This document shows positions 49,678 to 64,000 of a DNA stretch of 64,000 nucleotides, piece by piece. The position numbers were made by a program, and so were the translations under genes. The stretch comes from Lepidodermella squamata. Lineage: Eukaryota > Animalia > Gastrotricha. The stretch spans positions 1 through 64,000 of the forward strand of contig JBLDXI010000001.1 in NCBI GenBank assembly GCA_047495785.1. Direction: 5' to 3'. The notes below the pieces were generated by a model. It searched no databases. It was given only the letters and a program-made list of their open reading frames with translations, and was not told where the DNA came from. The stretch's first letter is position 1. The number at the start of each line of letters is the position of its first letter.

Positions 49678-52600
49678 AGTCGCAGGCGATATATGTGAAC
49701 GCTCATAACGGGATCCTCGTCCCTCTTCAACAAGTGGTCAGTCTTTATATCTTCTTCTCATGTGAAACTGTTAACGTTCAACTTTGAAGTTATGGCTGAG
49801 TTTAATTGGTTCGATGTTAGCGCTGTTGCGCAGAGTGATATATACTTAGTTAGCGGGTCACACAGTGGCTCTATATCAGTTGTAGGCGATAACCAGGTTC
49901 GTTCTTATTTTTTCCTGTTGGTCAGCTGACATTTAGTGACGTTTTTTACTATTCCGTTCTTAGGCTTTCAGGTTTCAAACTCAGCTACACACCTCCCCTG
50001 TCACTGCTCTATCTATTATCGATGACTCTGATATCTATATTAGATTTGCTTCCGGAGACAGCAGTGGTTGTGTGAAAGTCACGAGCATTTTTCGGAATTT
50101 GGATGATCAACAGGTATCAGGCTTGATAAAATATCAGCTCACCATTGTTCTTTAGCTTCTATTTTCTTGATAGACATCGAATCTGAAGATTGAATATGAA
50201 TATCAGCTGAGTGATTGCATTTGTCAAATAGCCAGCTGCTATCCCAAACACGCCTGTATATGTCTTGTAACTTCGCAGGCGAACTTCGTTTCGCTCAACT
50301 GGAGGTCGCATGAAGTTCGCCATGTCCAGTTATTTTGTGGAACGTGAGTTAAACGCTTTTTTGTGTTCATCATACTGTCATAAATATTTATAGTCAGCAT
50401 CGGCAATATATGGACTTCGGTGTGGCATATAATCGGCGTCTTGATATTGCTTACGTAGCCTTTATTACCAAGGTTAACGTTAAGCTATTGATCATAGATA
50501 CGATGACAATGTCCATCATCAATCTATGTAGTATTGATTGCTTTGACCGACCACTTGCGAAGCGCTGGATAAAATTGGCATGGTATTGTGAACGGTTCCT
50601 ACTGTGTTACACATCGGATTTTGTTGCTGTATTTGACCCGGTATCGTATTCTACAGTCAATACTATCAACATGTCGAACAACACTGAAATTTTGCTAATG
50701 ACAATCAAATACTCGGATGCCTTTCTAGTAACTTCAAAACCTTGTCTTGACATGACAACTAAACGGAATTTTTCTTACGAGAGCCTCTCTTCGCGCGAGC
50801 TGCTGTTGATTAAAAATCAGCCGCCAATGCAAGAAGCTGATGTAAACATTGAAATCGTCTCGGAAGAAGCTGAACCTCCGAATTCTTCTGAAAATCAAGA
50901 GGAAATAGTCGCTGAGGAAGTGTGCGATGAAAATGTTGAAAACGAGGAAGAAATTTCTTCCAGTTCTTCTTCTCCGAAGGAATCCCAAGAAGGCCTTGCA
51001 CATTTTGACGCATCTGATTGCTTTCCAAAACTCCCAGAATGGGTGGAACGAATTCCTCTTACTGACCCACCATTATTGCATGGACAATTTGCCTCGGATT
51101 CTAACTTGCGCACTGATATCTCGCACGTGGCTGAATCTCCTATCCGTGAATATGCCAATACATTTTCCCATCCATCTGGAGATGACGAAAACGTTGAAGT
51201 TCCGCATCGTTCGCATCCCGAAGCATCGCCTATCAGGCCTGCATTCAGCGCCGACGACCGATTGATGAAGCTATTTTTCCCCGCAGATTATGATAATGAG
51301 TGCCCTTTTCCGTCTCAACCGGCTGAATCAACTGAAGAATTGTCTCAACAGGAAATTATTGCGGAAAAGACAGATTTAGTCGAGGATCTAGAAAAGCCAA
51401 CGGAAAGCATCCCGAACGTTAATTTTCTGGAATACTGGCCCGTTTGGCTTGACATGCCGCTGGCCTGGTCGAGTTCAGTGACCAGCTCGGGTCCTGGCGC
51501 TGTGCTGTTTGGCGCCACTCGACCCACCAGTATTTCGATTTCACGACATCACATTTACGTGACAGATTCGGCAAATCGATTGTCCTACGCCAGCCTTGAT
51601 TTCAAATCCTGCCAATGGCACATAGCAGCCGATGCTACGCCCGCTGACCAGGTTTCCACCTCACCGTCGGGTGATATTCTTTGGCTTCTTCGATCAGGTA
51701 GCGTGTTTGCGGCGCAACTAGTTTCACCATCCGCCCCAGTCGGCAGCAGATGGGAGCGCATTATGCTTGACGTGTCTTTCATTCATGTAACGGAAGGTCG
51801 CGCTTTTTACATCCGGAGGGACGGCGCCCTAATGATGCAGAGCGGCCTGTCTAATCGCCGCCCATCCTATGTGTCTGTACAGCTTCACACACCGTTTCGA
51901 TTAAAATCCATCGTAGTTGCGGGTTTCGATGTTTGGGGGCAGTGTGCCGACGGTCGCATTGCTTTCAACAATCGACTTCTTGGTAATTCGTCGGCGAAAC
52001 CGAACGTTCAGCTGACAAGACGGGACGAAGCCTACGCCGGTGAATGGCAGGTTGATAAGCACTGCCCACCGGATGCAAGCCGGGTTACGGCAATATTCCC
52101 TGGCCCATTCAACAGCGTAGTTGTCGCCGACGAACATTGTCGCATTTGGATGCGACGATCGTCGACAACGCCGTCGTTTTGTCTTGCTGACATGTTATTG
52201 CCCGTTTCCAAGCACAAATGTCCGGAAGAGTGGTGGCTGGTGAGTGTCTTCACCAATTTATAAGTTATCGCTTAATTCGTTGTCTTATAACTCCAGGTAC
52301 CGATGCCGCGTAACCAAGACAGCCAGGCTGAAGCAGCTAGCTCCCCAAAGGCTTGGCCACTCTACGCTGCTGCGTGCAAAGACACGATGGTTGTTACTTC
52401 GCCATCGGCGGCATCCGGGGCCTTGCAATTGTATCTAAGCAAGGGTCATATGCTAGGCCAACAACTGCGGCGACTTCGACCAAATGGCTCGGCACTGACA
52501 TCTCGATGGCGATCCGTGCATTTGGTTGAATCATTGACACGAGACGATTTAGCCGAGGAATATGATGATACCGACGAACAACTGTTGCCGCGAGCTGAAA

Positions 52601-53634
52601 AGCCGACCCATCGTCGGCGGACCTTCGCCTGGCTGGTCGGTGAAACGGGTGAACTTCTGCGCCTTGATATGGCGACTCTAAACGCGGTTAGCCCTTCACC
52701 CATCCAACTTCGTGGTTCTAACGTCAAACTGGTCTCAGTCGGTAAACATGTCACTTGGGTGCTACTTGACGATGGCAATGTTTGGGCGTGCCATCATGAC
52801 TCTGAGGTTGACCGGTGGGCGCAATTGGATCTAGCACAGTTGGCTGATGAATTTCTGCCAATCATCGACATAGCAGTTGGGCCGCGTCTTGTTTGGATAT
52901 TAACTGCTTCAGGAGCATTATTCTTCCGCATCGGCGTCAACATTATTTCTTCAAACGCCTCCTCCCAGCCTGCGCTGTGTCGTTTGACTGATGATGCGAC
53001 ATCAGGGGTGGCCGATGTACCGCTGCGACGGATATATGCGTCGCCCTCAAACGATTGGATGCTGTTCGCGTTACCAGCTGCGGGAAATACCGGTGTTAAA
53101 CCAGTTTTGAGGTCGTCGAAAAATTCGATGCACAATTCAGATTACAGCTTAGCGCCTCTTGCCCGTCTCGGTATTAATGCCGATGTCCCTATAGGTGCTT
53201 TGTGGCACCCGGTTATTGGTGGCCCGCCTATGGCTGACCTTGCCTTATCGGCCTCCGCCGGGCTCTTCGGCATTCCTGACCTATCTGTTGTGAATAGCGA
53301 GCCTAAAACTTTGAATAAGTCGCATGGATCAAGCAGCAGTTTGACCGCCTCAACTAGTCCGGCACCTTCACAACCGGCTTCTGTAGTCTATTGGCGAGCT
53401 GGTGTTCAACAGAAGGATCCTACCGGATCGTATTGGCGTAAAGTTGTTGATGGAGTAAGTCACGTTTCTGTCGGTGATTCGCATGCACAGCTGTGTTTGA
53501 TCGGTAGCGACGGTTCGTTTTACGTCCATGCAGTGTGTTGTTTGGCAAACGATCTTGCAGTTGAAGATGACGCTAGATCGACCCGGAGTCGGGTCCGCGC
53601 CGAAACCGAACCCGCTGGCTGGGAACTGATTTGA
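49678..53634 (+). CDS. TECPR2: Tectonin beta-propeller repeat-containing protein 2-like (5' end uncertain)
   Basis: N-terminal WD40 exons (HTSPVTAL...FASGDSSGCV), acidic linker, tectonin repeats (QVSTSPSGDILW, VSVGKHVTWVL, IAVGPRLVWIL, DPTGSYW) and C-terminal LIR-like WELI*. Last intron separates ORFs 50410-52263 and 52303-53634. Confidence 0.85.
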
Positions 53635-53910
53635 ATTATTTTAAAATACATCGCTCATTGATCGTTTCAATTTGGATATTTCTTGCTAATTTTGTCATAT
53701 AAAATTGATTATTTGATCAATAAATGAATAAATGAAAGAAGATATCCACTTTTTGGCGGTTGGGTACCTCCTCAGATCGATGACATAATTAAAAGTAGTC
53801 CAGCTTCAAGTTAATCAAAAAATAGTCACGCCGTATGTAATAACGCCGACAATATCATCTGCCAGCCGATCTAACAATCTACGATATAACACCTTTTTCT
53901 ATTGTAGGTA

Positions 53911-54517
53911 CCGTCAAACGGGGCGTCTTTGCCAGCCGGGGTCACTTTTCCACAGAAAAATGGGGCGACTTTCGCATATCTCAGAGTTATCCAGATGAAG
54001 ACCCCTTGAGTGGGATACCGTCGGAAAGCCCACGAAAAGACCAACTGGAAGGCCTTGAACATACTTCAGCCTTTCACAATACCTGGTGATTAAACACAGG
54101 TAAAGTTGAACGAAATAACACAGTTTTCGGCAGAATTTAGATGACTCTAGGTGTGATCAAAATGAAATAACCTTGTCATTTTCGAGCAGTCCCAGACACA
54201 AGCTATCCAGCGGTACCCCACTTGAGAGGTATCCGGCTTTCTACCTGCGGTTTGAGTTAGGGCAAAGTCACCCCATCTGCATCTAAACAGTACACAGGGT
54301 CACTTTGCCACACTTCCATGTCAATTATTAAGTTAAATTCGGCTCAAACAGTTCCACAACAGATACCTATAATGAAATTCTCCAACATCAGGGCTTTCCA
54401 CTGACATCGTACTTGATATGTCTCATGCCTGAAAAAATGGCATCGTGTGTGATCTAAACTCGATCGCAAAAACCTATGGCAATGTCACCCACTGGCTTAA
54501 GTCGCCCCATTTGACGG
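53911..54517. mobile_element. Non-autonomous TA-flanked DNA transposon (Tc1/mariner-pogo-type MITE), 607 bp
   Basis: TA|CCGTCAAACGGGGCGTC ... GTCGCCCCATTTGACGG|TA, with degenerate similarity extending ~45 bp and no transposase. Confidence 0.75.
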
Positions 54518-55585
54518 TACCTGAGATGCAAGCTCCGAAACAAGGGAAAATATGAATTTGCGTGCCTTCCCTTCCTTAAAACTCGAAGAGGTGAAGTCAA
54601 ATAAAGCTGTTCAATACCTCGTATAATTAACGCCTGAAAACGATCTGCACTGACTTTTGATGACTTTTGATGCAGCTGATTCTTCCATGCTTGTTTTCGA
54701 ATTAGCACGAATCTGCATTTTTTATTTCGCATCAGATATTTGCGTATGATGATATCAGGTATGATCAAATGCGTAGGTATCAAATCACGGTGTGCTATAA
54801 ACAAACTGCGGCATTCCACGCAATGAGCAAATCTGGTGACATGATTTCCGAAAAACGACTTTTGCATCTTTAGCCGCATTATTAAAACCCGGTGATTCTA
54901 AAAACTAGTAAATAGTAGCTGAAAACCAGCCGTCTTTGTCAGCAATTATTTATAATATCGAGATTGTCTCTGCACCTCGGGCATTTTCATTAGCTTTATT
55001 TGCAGTTGGTTTGCAGTTACCTATATAGTTTTTAGTTGCGTGTTTCATGTTAACGGCTTATCATCTTAGTGTCTGCATAAGATCCGCACACGAGTTCATG
55101 AAATAACGGCCTTAATGCCGGGTTGCCCTGGCTGTCGTGAAGTATTTGGTATTTCCAGTTCATATCCAAATGACAAGATCATTATGTGCTGAAAATAAAT
55201 TATTCAACTTGCGGAGATAGGGTAATCCAAGAGACCATGGGCCGATTATGGTTTTAGTCGGTAGCTTTATTAAGGTGCTTTAAAAATCACACAACTCTCA
55301 ATAGGCTGTAATCAGTGGTCGCAAAATAAAAATAAAGCTCATGTCTACTTTCAAGGATCAGTGCATCAACAGAGTGGTTGTGGAACCTGATATTTCGAGA
55401 GAATTTTAATATCCTTATCACCGATGCTCGTGATACACGGGGATGATGGATGAACTAAAGAAAAGCAAGCACAATAATTATATTGTCTATCATATGTCGA
55501 AGGTACAATAGGCAGTCTTCGAGTCATTCACAATACGGTGTCAGTCAGTCAAAATTTTTAAGTTCTACTTCAACAATGGAGGAGT

Positions 55586-58081
55586 TTATTTTTTCAGGAC
55601 TTTGGCCATGTGATTGAGAGCCGAGCCGGCACGGAACCACTCGATCTGGCCTTCGTTCATCGAATGACGAAGTTCAATCTTCTCGGTCTGGCCGTTCTTG
55701 TGCTTGATGACGGCGTGCAATGCAGATCCAGGTGCCAAGTTCTTCAGGCCGACAATGCTGATGCGGTCATCGGGCTGGATGCGGTCGTAATCGGCCGGGT
55801 TAGCGAAAGTCAACGGCAGCATACCTTGCTTTTTCAGATTGGTTTCATGAATGCGAGCGAACGAGCGAACGATGATAGCGCGACCGCCAAGATGACGGGG
55901 TTCGAGGGCGGCATGTTCTCGGCTGGAACCTTCACCGTAGTTCTCATCACCAACGACAACCCACGGGATTTGCTTCGCCTTGTAGTCGCGCGCAGTTTCG
56001 GGCACAGTGCCGTACTTGCCAGTCAGCTGGTTCTTAAGCTTGTTCATCTCGTTGTTTTCGTAATTGACAGCTCCAATAAACATGTTGTTGGAGATGTTGT
56101 CAAGGTGACCACGGTATCGCAGCCACTTTCCTGCAGCGCTGATGTGATCGGTGGTGCACTTGCCCTTGATCTTCATGAGAACAAGCGCGTCCTCGATGTC
56201 CTTACCGTCCCAAGCGGCAAACGGTGACAGAAGCTGAAGGCGCTCTGATTGAGGGTCGACTTTAACGCTGACTTTGGATCCGTCTTCAGGCGGTCCCTGG
56301 TACGTGTTCTCACCGGCATCGAAGCCCTTTGTGGGCAGCTCGTCGCCAGCTGGAGCAGCCAGCTTAAACTTTTTGCCGTCTTTACCAACCAACTCGTCGG
56401 TGAGAGGGTTGAAGTCGAGACGACCGGCGATAGCGAGTGCGGTCGTGATTTCGGGTGACGCGACGTAGGCATGGGTAGCCGGATTTGCGTCGTTGCGGCC
56501 GGTGAAGTTACGGTTGTACGATGTGACAATCGTGTTCTTTTCGCCCTTCTTGATGTCCTTGCGGTCCCACTGGCCAATGCATGGGCCACAGGCGTTGGCA
56601 AGCACGACAGCGCCAGCGTCGCGGAAAGTTTTAGACAAACCGTCGCGCTCTATTGTGGCGCGGATTTGCTCAGACCCAGGGGTAACAGTGAACGATCCCT
56701 TGAACTTAACGCCATGATCTAAAGCAGAACGAGCGACCGAGGCAGCGCGGCTCATGTCCTCGTATGACGAGTTCGTGCAAGAACCGATGAGGCCAACACT
56801 AGCAAACAATCAGAAGTTCATATGGGGAATTCGACAAAGACTCGACTCACCGAACATCAAGAGGCCAGCCGTTCTTGTTCGCTGCCTCTTTCAGCTTCGA
56901 AATCGGAGTAGCCAAATCAGGAGTGAAAGGCCCGTTTACGTGTGGTTCAAGAGTATCGAGATTCAACTCAATAACCTGATCATACTGAGCGCCGCTGTCA
57001 GAAGTTAACACGTGTTTGTTTCTGTAGGAAAAATAATATTATACTTTTTCGCATTGCTATCAATAACGCATACTGATCGGCCAAGTCAGCTATCGGTCTG
57101 CGACCTGTGGCCTCGAGGTAGGCACGCATGCGGTGGTTGTAAGGGAAAACTGAGGTAGTGGCACCGATTTCAGCACCCATGTTGCAGATAGTGCCCATTC
57201 CAGTGCATGAAATTGAGTCGACACCGGGACCAAAATACTCAACAATGGCACCCGTGCCACCCTTCACGGTGAGAATGCCCGCGACCTTAAGGATGATATC
57301 TTTAGGCGATGCCCACTGGGACAGTTTTCCAGTTAGTTTCACGCCGATGACCTTGGGGCATTTCAACTCCCAAGGCATACCCGCCATGACATCGACGGCG
57401 TCAGCACCTCCAACACCGATGCACAGACCACCAAGACCACCGCCATTAGGCGTGTGACTGTCGGTACCAATCATCAACAAGCCAGGAAAACAGTAGTTTT
57501 CAAGCAGAATCTGGTGAATAATGCCAGAGCCAGGACGCCAGAAGCCAATGCCGTATTTAGCTCCAGCAGATGCCAGGAAGTCATATACTTCTTTATTAAT
57601 AACTTTCGCACGCTTTAAATCCTGATCGGCTCCTACTTGTGCCTCGATAAGATGGTCACAGTGGATGGTCGATGGAACACATACACGGGGCAGACCGCTA
57701 GAGATAAATTGCAGCACTGCCATCTGAAAAAAGCATTCTAGAAATTCAAATTAATCGAAAGTATGCTAAGACCTGGGCAGTGGCATCTTGCATAGCAACT
57801 CGATCGGGACGCAAACGAAGGTAAGAAACGCCACGCTTGATTTCTTGACCAGCGGGATCGTCCAAGTGACCATACAAAATTTTCTCAGACAGCGTCAAAG
57901 GGCGATTCAAGCTAATTGTATTCATCATATTCATCGAGGAAAAATAATTTTATTCAACTGCTTACCGCTTCTTTACGATATCCAAGTTCTTGGCTAACTT
58001 ATCATACGAGAGAACAGTGTTCTTCTCAAAGTTGCTCATGGCGACTTTTGCCGCCTGGAACGTAATTTTTCCAAGCCTCAT
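55586..58081 (-). CDS. ACO2: Mitochondrial aconitate hydratase (extreme 5' exon uncertain)
   Basis: [92 protein letters not shown]. Confidence 0.97.
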
Positions 58082-60061
58082 TTTGCTTAACTAGCCTAGA
58101 TAACAAAAGAGATTAAAATAAGAAATAAGGCGAACCAGAAAAATCTTGATTTCTGAGCAGCTCTAAAAGAAATCCTGGACTTATCAACAGAAGGCAACTC
58201 ACTCACTATTATGATCAGCTCACTATTATTACGCGCCACGCTGTGTGACTATTACGGTGACACTGGCTGCCTGCCAGTGGAACGTGCTAATCTACCTGTC
58301 AACGCACGTTCTTCTATCGCGGTAATAAAGCCTGGAACGACACCCGCAGCTTCGCGCCCAAACTTGGGTCCTCTAAAGCCATTCGCCAATGTGCAGCAGA
58401 ATCCATGGATTGAATAAGAGATAAGAGCCCCGGATTATGTAGTTATTTTTTAACAGAGGTTAAATGAGCACATGTGAAAACCATACCTTGCGATGAACGG
58501 GTTGGTCTAATACCTCAGAAAATTATGCTGAAGGACACCACCAAAATGGTGAATGGGCCTAAATCCATTACCTATTGAGTATTGGATTGGTCAAAGGTCA
58601 AAGATTCTAGTAGTAGCAGAAGTAGATATTATGAGTAAAGATTTTAATAACGCACTCATAAGGAAATATATAAGCGTATAAGCATAAGAAAAATAATAAT
58701 CATTGACAGTCACAAATGAGCAAACGACCGTTTGGGATCAGGGATAAAGCAATCCAGGTTTGCAATCGTTGGCACCCAAGGCAAGGAAATCCTCGACGGC
58801 TCTTGATCATTGCCTATCCAACACACTTCATTTGGGGGTTGACACTGGCGTACTGAAAAAATCATTGAAAAAAGCATGACACTCTCAAAACAAATGGCGC
58901 GAAAAGCGGACCTGGAACCTGCTGAAAGACGACCTGGGCGCAGATGGCGCAAAAACGATCAAAAATCTCGAGCGTCATAGCGGCATTTTTCAATTTTTCG
59001 TGAGCGTAATTTTGTTATAAGAATATTTTATGTTTTAAAATTGTTATTCTATTAATTTTTGATACGAATATACTAGAAATTAAAACAAAAGGCCTTTTAG
59101 GGAGTATCAAAGAGGTCGCGAGAAAATGCCCGGGTGATGTTTGGAACGGAATAACATTGGCGAGGCCTCGGAGTCCTATAGATAGGGACAGTGGTAGAGG
59201 TAGAAGATGTCCAGTCTGTAGCTACACCATGCAAGTTTCTGAAATTACTTGGGCTGACTTGTGAGTTTATGCTTGGTGGTGAGTGGTGAGCATTTAGTGA
59301 GATTGGAATGGAACTACCTTCTAACTTTTCTTACCTAACTTCTGAAAACAACATTTGATCCTAGACCCCCGACGCTTGCATTATGATTCGTGTCTATCGA
59401 GTGCTGTATCTTGAATATAGCATTGACTATTGACGCGCTTGTTACTCGGGTAATTTACAAGCGCATTATTAATCTAAAATCTCTAATCTGTTAAAAGCTG
59501 TTTGAGAGGAAGTATAAAGTATATATACTAGTATATAGGCTTCTGACTTCCATTGTCTTACTGTCTTACTTTTTACTATCTTCCTTGTGAAAGACACGGC
59601 CATTTGCTAGCCTAGTGCCGATCTGATGTAGAATGGGCTTCAGCGTCCGCATTCCATCGATTCGCGAATGAAAAGGCAAAAGGCCTTGGGTAGTACTCAA
59701 TAATGCTGTTCGACAGTCAACAGCTACTTCTTATTGGCCATTCGCTACAATAATTCAGCCGTAACGATAAATAGTTCCTAATGCTGCCAGCAACTTGTCC
59801 CCATTAATAGTAAAATTTCTTCATCTTCGGAATTAAAATACCTAAGTACCCTTGGCTAATAGAGATTATTCTGACATTCTGAATGATTGTGCATTCTGGC
59901 TTGATTGAAACTTGTACACATAGCTCGTGCTTTACATGTCGATTGCTCTTAGTTTTATATGTTGAAATTTTAATTAGATCCTCGAAGACCTAATTGACCT
60001 AGTTGATTTAAACAGTCGGTTGATGAATATTAAATGGTGATTTTCATTCTTTTTAGGCTAG

Positions 60062-63470
<3,409 letters not shown>

Positions 63471-64000
63471 TTGAACTTCATCGCCGTCCTTTATATTTGA
63501 ACTGAAAAATCATTATTATAATCAATTACGACTTCTACTTCACACTACTACAACTACTATCTGTTACCGTTATTTACCAAATTTTAATTGCAGACACACA
63601 ACACACACCGTCTCGATGAGCTCGGAGCTTTTCTTTACATACAGCTATAGCAGAATCGAAATATCTATCGTATGAATGTATCAATTCACATCCTTATACC
63701 CGTGTAGCTGCGTGTTGAAGGGTTTTGTTGAGCGCACCTTTCGTTCTTTATATTCGGATTAAACAAACGTGAAAGAAACAGTGATAAGTCATGTACAGAT
63801 GTTTGTACAATGTTGCTGTGTGTCGGGTGGTTTTCTCATTCTATCTTTTTTTCTCTGCTTCTCTCTTTTCTTCTCTCTTTATGTTATAACGGTTTTCTCT
63901 TGTTTTGTTTCTGGTTGGTCACGCGCTGACGATTTTGATGATGAGAAGTTGATGAAAAATGATTATATATATCTATAAAATTACAAATATATATGTTTAC

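Overview
Eukaryotic (metazoan, probably spiralian; inference) genomic DNA with very short (~50-65 bp) GT-AG introns. Positions 1-35614 hold one giant minus-strand gene that runs off the left edge. It encodes a predicted secreted protein of >9,000 aa: signal peptide, 6 divergent Cys-bounded domains (F5/8-type C/galactose-binding-like, inferred), a cassette of 8 symmetrical phase-1 micro-exons, 23 near-identical domains in a 716-bp array (171 aa/unit) and >=7.7 copies of a 1812-bp unit (506 aa, 3 domains). The repeat units carry their own introns, which are as homogenised as the exons. Most ORF-track entries in 1-30500 are shadows or intron read-throughs of this gene. The right half is an ordinary gene-dense region: LMNTD1-like, non-LTR retrotransposon remnants and MITEs, a PPP1R35-like gene, a two-domain small HSP (p40-like), ANKMY2, TECPR2, mitochondrial aconitase and HIPK. 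All exon boundaries were derived by hand and have no transcript support.
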